This document shows, in pieces, positions 37,076 to 45,226 of a stretch of DNA of 64,000 bases. The DNA is taken from positions 292 to 64,291 of the IMG/VR virus record IMGVR_UViG_3300009149_000032. One strand, given 5' to 3'. The notes under the pieces were generated by a model, which saw nothing but the letters and a program-made list of their open reading frames with translations, was not told the origin of the DNA and ran no database searches. Every line of letters starts with the position of its first letter. Positions within the stretch are counted from its first letter, which is position 1. A program made the position numbers and the translations under genes. This DNA comes from a virus (lineage: Duplodnaviria > Caudoviricetes).

Positions 37076-37876
37076 ATGAATATTGTAAATCTATTACCCA
37101 AGCATTTCATTGAGCATGAATACTTTAACATTATGTACAAGCACTTCGATCCAAAAGTATTTGAAGGTAAGACTATCTATGCATCTCATAATTATAACGA
37201 ACTTCCTAGCTACGGAAGAAACGTTATCGCCATACTGACTGCAGGTAATGAGAGAGCAATCCCTCCGAAGTATAAGGACAAGGTTGGTCTTGTATTCAAA
37301 CATCATCTGAACGCTAACAATGTAGGGAATGTCTATCATATTCCTCTCACATACGTACAGGGATTCAATGCAACAGATGCTATACCGATACTCAAGAGAA
37401 AATATGATGTAGTATTCATTGGTAGAACCTGCAAGAGAAAAGATATGTGGACAAACGCTTTGCAGTGGAGAGATAGAAACCCCTCCAAGAATTGTCTCCT
37501 GATTGATTCTGGTCAGAGATTCATGGGAGTTAAGGGTGGTATGGGAATCAAAAAGTATTCAGAGTATATGAAAGACGCTAAGATTGTTTTGAGTCCTAAG
37601 GGAATGGTTCGTGCTGAGTGTCTCCGATTCTCTGAGGCAGTTAAGGTTGCTAGTGCTATTGTCGCTTGCCCTCACCCTATGAAGGTAAGATCATTTAAGA
37701 ACTGCCCTGCATCCTACGTAACTAACTGGAATGAACTGGGAGGTATTCTGGATTCTTATACAGATGAGAAGTTACAAAGGGTACACAATAAAATGAAACT
37801 CTGTTGGAGAGACTACTTCTCTCCTGAGTCTATCGGAAAGTATATCTCAAAGGTAACTAAATCGATCCTATGCTAA
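37076..37876 (+). CDS. GT-B (exostosin/GT47-like) glycosyltransferase
   Basis: RKYDVVFIG...YSEYM--AKIVLSP-G...E--RF-EA. Confidence 0.65.
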   Translation: MNIVNLLPKHFIEHEYFNIMYKHFDPKVFEGKTIYASHNYNELPSYGRNVIAILTAGNERAIPPKYKDKVGLVFKHHLNANNVGNVYHIPLTYVQGFNATDAIPILKRKYDVVFIGRTCKRKDMWTNALQWRDRNPSKNCLLIDSGQRFMGVKGGMGIKKYSEYMKDAKIVLSPKGMVRAECLRFSEAVKVASAIVACPHPMKVRSFKNCPASYVTNWNELGGILDSYTDEKLQRVHNKMKLCWRDYFSPESIGKYISKVTKSILC

Positions 37877-38454
37877 GAATAATACAAGTACGAATACCAA
37901 AGACTGCTACGACTTCTATTGAAGCGGCACTTAAGTTTATGAGGAATAAGAATCTCTTAACCCTTAAACCACATGGTCACGACCAAACTCCTGCAATACT
38001 TAGACAGTACACAGCAGAAGTGAAAAAGAAAGCAATAGTGCTTGCCTCTGTCCGTAATCCTTTTGATAGATTGGTCAGTGCATATCAATACATTGTCCAG
38101 TTCAAAAAGGATAAGAGGAATAAAGAGTTGAAGTATGTTTTCGATTATCCATCCTTCAGGGACTTCGCAATTGATCTCCCCAAGATATTCGAGAAGAATC
38201 AATTCTTTCATCCTCATACGAGATGGTTGTATAATGGAGAGAAGAAACTCTACAATTTTCTCATTCGATATGAATCACTTGAGGGAGATTGGAATAGATT
38301 CCTTAAGGAATATAAGTTATCACCTATGCCTCTACCAGTACAGCGGAAGACAAAGAGGAAGAGTTGGAGAAATTATTATGACGATGAGAGTATGAAGGTA
38401 GTTCACAAAGTTTACGAGGAAGACTTTAGGAGGTTAAAATACGATGGCAATTAG
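37870..38454 (+). CDS. Sulfotransferase (Sulfotransfer_2 family)
   Basis: PAPS motifs IPKTATTS and VRNPFDRLVSAY; RYE-L--D; W--YY; Y--DF. Confidence 0.85.
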   Translation: MLRIIQVRIPKTATTSIEAALKFMRNKNLLTLKPHGHDQTPAILRQYTAEVKKKAIVLASVRNPFDRLVSAYQYIVQFKKDKRNKELKYVFDYPSFRDFAIDLPKIFEKNQFFHPHTRWLYNGEKKLYNFLIRYESLEGDWNRFLKEYKLSPMPLPVQRKTKRKSWRNYYDDESMKVVHKVYEEDFRRLKYDGN

Positions 38455-39028
38455 TCCTGCTAATATAGATCTTATACCACAAGGAGTAAAATTTCTTGGA
38501 GTAACGTTCAAGGATGTTTGGGTTGGTGAACTTGGTAATATAAATATTCGCCAATTAAAATGTACAGCAAAGTCGTGGTTCAAGAAGAAAGGTTCTAAGC
38601 ATACAAGTTTTGATATCAATGGTAAGGATGGAGCGATTGCTGTAGATCTATGCAAACCAATCCCTGACAAGTATAAGAACAAGTTCAATATGGTTACGAA
38701 CTTTGGTACAACTGAACACGTTGAAGATCAGACACAGGTATTCAGAAACATACACGATATGACCACAGTGGGTGGAGTTATGATTCATTCTGTTCCCCTT
38801 CATGGTTACTGGAAAGGTCATTGTCCATTTCGATACACAGCAAAGTTTCCTCCAATGCTTTCAGGATTGAATGGATACTCACTTAAGTTTCAAGAGATAA
38901 GGGATAGGTGGAAAGAAAAGCTATTGAATTTTATCGTACAGAAAACCAGTAATGAATTCGTGGCGATAGATCTTTCTGCTATCACCGTATCAAAAAAATA
39001 CAAGAAGAATACAGACAATTTGTTTTAG
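38444..39028 (+). CDS. SAM-dependent methyltransferase
   Basis: ELGN...SFDING...DL--P...FNMVTNFGTTEHV...GG-MIH--P. Confidence 0.75.
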   Translation: MAISPANIDLIPQGVKFLGVTFKDVWVGELGNINIRQLKCTAKSWFKKKGSKHTSFDINGKDGAIAVDLCKPIPDKYKNKFNMVTNFGTTEHVEDQTQVFRNIHDMTTVGGVMIHSVPLHGYWKGHCPFRYTAKFPPMLSGLNGYSLKFQEIRDRWKEKLLNFIVQKTSNEFVAIDLSAITVSKKYKKNTDNLF

Positions 39029-39036
39029 GATACACC

Positions 39037-39801
39037 ATGATTAATCTTTATGCTGCTAAGTGGATCAAGACTGTCAGAAACTTTGGCGATACTGTAAATC
39101 CATTTCTTGTAACCTCGCTCACTGGGAAACCTTCTCAATTCACATTGAATAGGAAAGTGAAAAGGTATATGGTTTCTGGGAGCGTTCTCCACCACGCAGA
39201 TAAGAATTGCGAAGTCTGGGGTTCAGGGTTGATATCATACAACGCCATACCAATCCGCAAGCCAAAAGTATTCTATGCTGTGAGGGGTCCGAGGACTCAT
39301 CTCATGCTGAAGGAACATAGGATAGTTACTCCAGAAGTTTACGGAGATCCTGTCTTACTTTTCCCTCGCATATATAATCCTACTGTAGAAAAGAAATATG
39401 AGGTAGGAATTATCCCACACTATGCTGATAAAGATTCTTTGTGGGTTAAGAAAGTTTCTAAAAACAAAAATGTTAAGGTAATAGATATACAACATAAGAA
39501 CTTTAAAGAAATGATTAACGATGTATTGAGTTGTAACATAATCCTATCCAGTTCGCTTCACGGAGTTGTAATTGGAGACGCTTACAATGTTCCTTCACAC
39601 TGGATAAGTTTATCAGAGAAGGTTAAGGGTAAGGGTTTTAAGTTCGCTGACTACTATGCTTCTGTAAATAGATTCTGTTTTCTAAGAACTGTATCAGAAG
39701 AAACTCGTCTGAGTAGTATCCTTAACGGTTTTGATAATTACGAAGTCGATATAGATTTAGAACCTCTCATAAAGTCTTGTCCGTTTGGAGAAATCAAATG
39801 A
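39037..39801 (+). CDS. Polysaccharide pyruvyltransferase (ExoV-like)
   Basis: NFGD, GS-L, VWGSG, AVRGP-T, GDP-LL, IIPHY, SSSLHG---DAY-VP, FKF-DYY. Confidence 0.88.
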   Translation: MINLYAAKWIKTVRNFGDTVNPFLVTSLTGKPSQFTLNRKVKRYMVSGSVLHHADKNCEVWGSGLISYNAIPIRKPKVFYAVRGPRTHLMLKEHRIVTPEVYGDPVLLFPRIYNPTVEKKYEVGIIPHYADKDSLWVKKVSKNKNVKVIDIQHKNFKEMINDVLSCNIILSSSLHGVVIGDAYNVPSHWISLSEKVKGKGFKFADYYASVNRFCFLRTVSEETRLSSILNGFDNYEVDIDLEPLIKSCPFGEIK

Positions 39802-39966
39802 AGATAGTAAGTTTCTATCATGACGTAGCGAGTAAGAAGTATTTTTTATGACCACTCAATAAGATTAACAAAGCAGTGTAAGTCTCTCGGATTAGACTAC
39901 CACATTGTTCACAGAGACTTTGGTAAGTCGTGGATAGATAATGTCCGACCAATAGGAAATAGAGTT
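39798..39966 (+). pseudogene. Frameshifted remnant of a nucleotide-diphospho-sugar transferase N-terminus
   Basis: ATG at 39798 stops at a T6 tract; removing one T gives MKIVSFYH...RL--QC--LGL...WIDN, similar to the 32101 protein and in frame with 39967. Confidence 0.55.
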
Positions 39967-40971
39967 GTGTCTATACTATACTACGCAAAACCTAAAGGAG
40001 TAACTTCGAGAGCGATCTATGATGAAGTGGTTGGTAGATTTTATAATCCAATCTTCTTGAATGTAACGGGGATAAGAAACATACTCAATGATATCAAACA
40101 GTACAGTCCTGAACAGATATGGGTATCCTCCGACTGTCTAGAAAGTATGTCTCACAAAGCAAGAGTGATTCGAAATATGAAAATCCCCGTTGTCAATCTA
40201 AATATAAAGGAACGGTCACAAAAGAACCACGCTATTTATAAGAGAGTCAATCAGATACTCATTGAAGCAAACCTCCCCTTAACAAAGTACAAGGGTGAGG
40301 TAAAGCCATTATTCTTTTTAATGATTGACAAATGTATCTCTGAGTATCTAGAAGCGAATGACTCTATAAAAGATATCAACCGCAAGTATCCTCTAGTTGT
40401 TATATCGTCTGGGTTGAACCAAGCAGCAATTGAAAAGCATCTTCCTGAATGTATATTTATTGATTCGAAGAAGAACTCATTTCCACATAAGCTGAAATTA
40501 TTCCTAGAGTATATCAACCATAGGAATATAAACTATAACATTGCGTTCAGATTAGATATGGATTGTATTATATTTGATGTTGAGAGATTAATTGAAATGG
40601 GTAAGTATATTGTGGGGAGAAAAGTTCTGGTTGGTAATCTGAAAAAAGCAACAGGTTCATACGTTATAAAGTGGTTTGGTCGTCACGGAGGATATATTCG
40701 TGGTGGATGCAATATGACAACAAAGGAATCGCTAGATTCTATCAAACAGTTTAACGATGAAGATTTTAAACCGCAAGACTTTGACGCTTGCTATAATATA
40801 ATTCTAGCTAGATTTGGTGTGCAACAATTAGGTCTTCCTATATTCGAATTCAATGAGAGATATCAAGGTCAGCATCCGGCATGGCACCCGATCAAGTTGA
40901 AAACTGTAGGAAGGATGGAACTCTTTAAACAGCACAACGATTTGTATAACTCACAGGAGAAAGCATCGTGA
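39967..40971 (+). CDS. Putative glycosyltransferase
   Basis: FRLDMDC DxD motif and YIRGGC, inside the GT cluster. Confidence 0.55.
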   Translation: MSILYYAKPKGVTSRAIYDEVVGRFYNPIFLNVTGIRNILNDIKQYSPEQIWVSSDCLESMSHKARVIRNMKIPVVNLNIKERSQKNHAIYKRVNQILIEANLPLTKYKGEVKPLFFLMIDKCISEYLEANDSIKDINRKYPLVVISSGLNQAAIEKHLPECIFIDSKKNSFPHKLKLFLEYINHRNINYNIAFRLDMDCIIFDVERLIEMGKYIVGRKVLVGNLKKATGSYVIKWFGRHGGYIRGGCNMTTKESLDSIKQFNDEDFKPQDFDACYNIILARFGVQQLGLPIFEFNERYQGQHPAWHPIKLKTVGRMELFKQHNDLYNSQEKAS

Positions 40972-41600
40972 AGCAACTAAAGGTGGATTCATATAAAGAG
41001 TATGTTAAACTTCAGACCAAAGGTAATAAAGCGAAGTTGAAGAAGAATAAAAATCTTCACGGTATTAAGAATGAAGAGATTGATTTCGTTACGAAGTATG
41101 TTAAAAAGAATATCCCAGAGGCAACGTTTGGGATCTGCCACGGTGTACGAAATGGTTGGGAAGTTTGTGAACTTCGAAAATCTCTTGACATAGATATTAT
41201 CGGGACAGACATATCATCGACAGCAGTAGAGTTTGAACATGTTATCCAACACGACTTCCATAAGATTAAACCTGAGTGGTTGGGTAGCGTTGATTTTATT
41301 ATGACAAACTCACTAGATCATTCTTATGACCCTGCAATGGCTATTGACCAGTGGATGAGTTGTGTTAAAGATACAGGAAGGTTATTTCTTATCTGGATGA
41401 AAACACACAACGAAAGTTTCCTCCGAGAAGGAAGCGATGATCTCTTCGGTGCGAATAGACCTGAGTATAAAGATTTGATTGAGAAGAAGTATTGTCTTGA
41501 AGAGATGAAACCTATTCGAGTTCTCAACCACGGAGTCCGTTATATATTTATAGTTAAACATAGGAGAGAATCTAATGGCAATGGTATCGAAGTCTCATAA
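40968..41600 (+). CDS. SAM-dependent methyltransferase
   Basis: ICHGVRNG-E, IGTDIS, HDFH, DF---NS-DHS-DP. Confidence 0.75.
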   Translation: MKQLKVDSYKEYVKLQTKGNKAKLKKNKNLHGIKNEEIDFVTKYVKKNIPEATFGICHGVRNGWEVCELRKSLDIDIIGTDISSTAVEFEHVIQHDFHKIKPEWLGSVDFIMTNSLDHSYDPAMAIDQWMSCVKDTGRLFLIWMKTHNESFLREGSDDLFGANRPEYKDLIEKKYCLEEMKPIRVLNHGVRYIFIVKHRRESNGNGIEVS

Positions 41601-42249
41601 ATTTATCTACGTATCCGGTGGTAGGAACGCCACTGGTGCTGTCAAGGGTGCGCTTGTAAAGATCCCCGGTCTTGATTACTTTGAACCTGCCAAGAAGAAC
41701 AAAGGTGATTGGAGAAAGTTTAACAAGCATATGCCTGCAAGACATATCAAACGAGCAATCTCTGCAGATGTTTGGAACAAGTCATTCAAGTTTACCTTTG
41801 TGCGTAACACATACAGTTGGGTTGTATCCTCATTCTTCTTCTGGGTAAAGATCGGTATGCGACCTATGCCTAAGAATAAAATTATGACAATGGATGATTT
41901 CAAGTTCGCTGTGAAGTATTACAGATCTCCTCAGGGTAGAAGACATGATGAGTGTTCAGACATACGCTCACAGCATTCATTCATCTGTAGTAAGGATGGA
42001 TATATTCTTTTGGACTTCGTAGGTCACTTCGAGAACCTCCAGAAAGATTTCGATGAGATATGTACCCACATTGAAATCAAACCGATCCCTCTGACTGTAC
42101 AGAACTCTTCTGCTGCGTCTCAACATAAGAAACACTCGACGGGTATTCATTGGAGTGAACACTACAAGAGTAATGCAAATGCTCAAGACTATATCTATAA
42201 ACATTGGAAGAGAGATATAGACGCATTCAAATTTAAGTTGGAGAAGTAA
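41575..42249 (+). CDS. Sulfotransferase-like protein (Sulfotransfer_2)
   Basis: SHKFIYV, KHMPA, FKFTFVRN-Y-W-VS, DFVG-FENLQ-DF; 5'-PSB motif is divergent (GRNATG). Confidence 0.75.
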   Translation: MAMVSKSHKFIYVSGGRNATGAVKGALVKIPGLDYFEPAKKNKGDWRKFNKHMPARHIKRAISADVWNKSFKFTFVRNTYSWVVSSFFFWVKIGMRPMPKNKIMTMDDFKFAVKYYRSPQGRRHDECSDIRSQHSFICSKDGYILLDFVGHFENLQKDFDEICTHIEIKPIPLTVQNSSAASQHKKHSTGIHWSEHYKSNANAQDYIYKHWKRDIDAFKFKLEK

Positions 42250-42836
42250 TGGCAAAGATATTTTTAGATCTCGGTGTCCATAATGGGCAGACATTAGAGA
42301 TGGGTATCAAAACTTATCCTCACTTCGATAGGTTCATTGGAATCGAACCTGTAACATCATTATGTGAAAAAGCTATTGGTAGATGTAGTGCATATAAAGA
42401 TAAGAACATAAAGGTTTATAATATAGCTTTGGATAGTCTGAGTGTTCTGAAAAAGACGATAACATTTTATGAGGATACAAGCAAAGGTAATCATCAACTA
42501 GGTTCCTCACTCTTCTCGGACAAGACTATGAGAACTAATAAGAAAGTGGAAGTAATGTGTTGGGATGTGAATCATTTCTTTAGAACCAACTTCAAGGATA
42601 ATGATCAGGTCGTAATGAAGATTGACGTTGAAGGTGCTGAATACAGGATCTTTGATGCACTGATTACCTCAGGACTCCTCAAGAAGCACGTTATAAAAAT
42701 CTTTGCTGAGTGGCACTGGAACAAAGTACCCTCAATAAGCAAGGATGAACACAACAGAATTCTTATTGCCCTCAACAAATTAGGCTATAACCTCAAAGGT
42801 AAGAGCAAGTTAGATGAATTTTATAATGGATTTTAA
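42249..42836 (+). CDS. FkbM-family methyltransferase
   Basis: FLDLGVHNG, GIEP, GSS, MKIDVEGAEY, EWH. Confidence 0.85.
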   Translation: MAKIFLDLGVHNGQTLEMGIKTYPHFDRFIGIEPVTSLCEKAIGRCSAYKDKNIKVYNIALDSLSVLKKTITFYEDTSKGNHQLGSSLFSDKTMRTNKKVEVMCWDVNHFFRTNFKDNDQVVMKIDVEGAEYRIFDALITSGLLKKHVIKIFAEWHWNKVPSISKDEHNRILIALNKLGYNLKGKSKLDEFYNGF

Positions 42837-42858
42837 CACAATAAAATCTTAAAAACCC

Positions 42859-42887
42859 TTGACAATCCCGCCAGATTCAGATATAAT
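42859..42887 (+). promoter_or_regulatory. Sigma70-type promoter for the Rnl2-PARP unit
   Basis: TTGACA-N17-TATAAT. Confidence 0.85.
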
Positions 42888-42903
42888 ATAGCAATTAACC
42901 TTT

Positions 42904-43173
42904 ATGGGAGATGATATGCAAATACGTTGCTATAGGTTCTGGATAACATTACTACCTCTATTCCTCGTGCTTGTACTGGCATTGTCTGCTCTCGGTGGTC
43001 ATGCCGTGTATCAATATGGGTATTTCTCCGGTAGACAAAGGGGATATCCAGAAGGTTGGTTTGACAGGCATATGCGAGATGATTTTGCTAAGAAGATTTT
43101 CTGTGGTCAGTATTGGAAGTATGTAGAATCGCTTTGTCACTCTGACCAAGTTAGGAGAGAAGAGAAATGGTAA
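42904..43173 (+). CDS. Small membrane protein
   Basis: One hydrophobic helix; directly after the promoter. Confidence 0.5.
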   Translation: MGDDMQIRCYRFWITLLPLFLVLVLALSALGGHAVYQYGYFSGRQRGYPEGWFDRHMRDDFAKKIFCGQYWKYVESLCHSDQVRREEKW

Positions 43174-44210
43174 TCGAATTCAAAAAGTATAGTTCAATTG
43201 AAAATGTCAGTCGTACTAAAACTATTAATGCTATCACTGAGCAAGGTCTTAATGACGCTCACACAGTTTGGACAGTATCCGAAAAGATTCACTGTTCAAA
43301 CTTCTCACTCTACATAACCTCATCCGAAATCAAAGCAGCAAAGAGATCAAGTTTCCTCGGCGTTGGTCAGAACTTCTTCAACTTCGAAGATGTTCTCGAC
43401 GAGCATCTTGATCGGTTGAAACTTCTTTTCGTATTCACTACAGAACTATATGACATTGAACCTGACAAGTTGGAGATAATTCTCTACGGAGAACTCTTCG
43501 GAGGTACGTATCCACACGATGATGTTGCGCCTGTAGCAGGAGCAACAAAGGTACAGAGGGGTGTATACTATTCCCCATTCAATACTTTCTATGCGTTTGA
43601 TATGAAAGTGAATGGTGGAATCATTAATATAGAAGTCTTTGAAGAGTTGATGGAGCAGGTTGGTTTCATCCATGCAAAGAGTCTTTTCAGAGGTATACTT
43701 GAAGAATGTCTCGCATACCCTAACGAATTCCAAACAACCCTCCCGGCAGCATTCGGACTCCCAAAGATTGAGAATAACATTTGCGAGGGAGTTGTAATCA
43801 AACCCATAGTCGCAAAGTATTTCGGATCTGGTAGTCGTGTGATTCTCAAGAATAAGAATGAGAAGTTCGCAGAGATTGCAAACGAGAGCAGACCTAAGAA
43901 GGAAAGGGTTCCAGTTGATATCTCTATGTCTGAAGAGGAAGACGCTCTCTACCAGACTGCTCTTGCTTACGTGACTAAGAATAGACTCTGTAATGTTATC
44001 TCAAAGATAGGAGAGATTACAGATAAGATGTTTGGTAAGTTGCAGGGAATGTTTATGAAGGATGTAATGGAAGACTTTAGAAAGGATCATGGAGAAGCGT
44101 GGGATGCTCTTGAGAAGAAGAGAGCAAAAGTTATTCAGGTCAATCTTAATAATCACGTTAAGGAATTGGTTCGTGAAAACTTCCTTGACATTATTGACGG
44201 AACATTTTAG
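43167..44210 (+). CDS. RNA ligase 2 (Rnl2 family)
   Basis: FKKYSSIEN, EKIH-SNF, YGELFGG, FYAFD, EGVVIKP, ILK-KN-KF-E, NRL-NVISKIG. Confidence 0.92.
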   Translation: MVIEFKKYSSIENVSRTKTINAITEQGLNDAHTVWTVSEKIHCSNFSLYITSSEIKAAKRSSFLGVGQNFFNFEDVLDEHLDRLKLLFVFTTELYDIEPDKLEIILYGELFGGTYPHDDVAPVAGATKVQRGVYYSPFNTFYAFDMKVNGGIINIEVFEELMEQVGFIHAKSLFRGILEECLAYPNEFQTTLPAAFGLPKIENNICEGVVIKPIVAKYFGSGSRVILKNKNEKFAEIANESRPKKERVPVDISMSEEEDALYQTALAYVTKNRLCNVISKIGEITDKMFGKLQGMFMKDVMEDFRKDHGEAWDALEKKRAKVIQVNLNNHVKELVRENFLDIIDGTF

Positions 44211-44219
44211 GAGAACCAA

Positions 44220-44582
44220 GTGGACAAATTTGGATGGGTGATATCAACGCTTTTCGTATTTATAGTTATGTCGTGTTGTGGTGCTATGTTTTACGAGACA
44301 TATTATCCCGACCCAGTTGTGGGAAGTAATCAGTATATTGAAGTATATGCAAATGATAATCATCTAGGCACAGTTGGTTATGTCAAAAATATATCATGCA
44401 AGCAGATCAGAGTTAAATGTATTTCGATAGGTAAAGGAGAATTCACCGAGTGGATTAAAGTTCTCGAACCAAATAAGACAATAACAACAACTGTAAAATC
44501 TAGTTATGGATATTACATATACAATCTTGAAGGTATAGAACTTTCATACCTTCATGCAACCAAAGGGGAAAGAAATGAATGA
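44220..44582 (+). CDS. Membrane-anchored hypothetical protein
   Basis: N-terminal hydrophobic segment; AGGAG RBS. Confidence 0.5.
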   Translation: MDKFGWVISTLFVFIVMSCCGAMFYETYYPDPVVGSNQYIEVYANDNHLGTVGYVKNISCKQIRVKCISIGKGEFTEWIKVLEPNKTITTTVKSSYGYYIYNLEGIELSYLHATKGERNE

Positions 44583-44892
44583 AGCAGAAGTAGTTGTTAA
44601 AGAAGTTACTGAGGAAGAGGAAGAAGAAAAGAATCGTAACGATCCTCTTCGTGACCGTATGGGATTTTATAATCTCTGTCGCTCAAGAAACAAACCTTCG
44701 AAGGGTGAACTAAAGCAGATTGTTTTCCCTAAGATGGAGAAGGATGAACCGACTGGAGACTATATCAAACGTGCTGAGAAGGAACTTGGTGTAAAGATTT
44801 CTTCTGTAGGTCTTATGAAGAAACCTAAAAGAAATGCTCCCTGTCCTTGTAAGTCCGGGGAGAAGTCTAAGAAATGTTGCTACAGGGGATAA
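44575..44892 (+). CDS. SEC-C motif protein
   Basis: C-terminal RNAPCPCKSGEKSKKCC. Confidence 0.75.
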   Translation: MNEAEVVVKEVTEEEEEEKNRNDPLRDRMGFYNLCRSRNKPSKGELKQIVFPKMEKDEPTGDYIKRAEKELGVKISSVGLMKKPKRNAPCPCKSGEKSKKCCYRG

Positions 44893-44893
44893 A

Positions 44894-45223
44894 ATGATTC
44901 GCAAGCAAACGGTATATACAGAAACGGTTGGTGAAGGTGAGGAGATGGAAATCCGTATGGTCACAGCAGACGAAGCGATTGATATCGAAGATTCAAGTAT
45001 GTTCGCCGGTCATGCGCTCATAGGAATCCAAACTCCTCAAGGTACAATTGAACAACCGATTCGTTTCGGAATCTTTGGTGCAGTTGATATTCGAGATGCA
45101 TTTGCTAAGTTCGAAGAGGCAAGAGCAACGGAAGCACCGAAGGAAGCAAAGAAGATTGTCGATGCTATAAAAGAGCAGTTTGAAGCAGAGCAGAAAAAGA
45201 TCTTGGTTCCCGGCAGGAGATAA
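44894..45223 (+). CDS. Hypothetical protein
   Basis: Likely start MIRKQ; ends KKILVPG. Confidence 0.55.
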   Translation: MIRKQTVYTETVGEGEEMEIRMVTADEAIDIEDSSMFAGHALIGIQTPQGTIEQPIRFGIFGAVDIRDAFAKFEEARATEAPKEAKKIVDAIKEQFEAEQKKILVPGRR

Positions 45224-45226
45224 AGA

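Noticed and set aside
30667-42836. Ordinary bacterial capsule or O-antigen locus from a host flank
   Set aside because: No export, polymerase or sugar-synthesis genes; it shares the CCS-GG usage and tight gene packing of the phage genes on both sides
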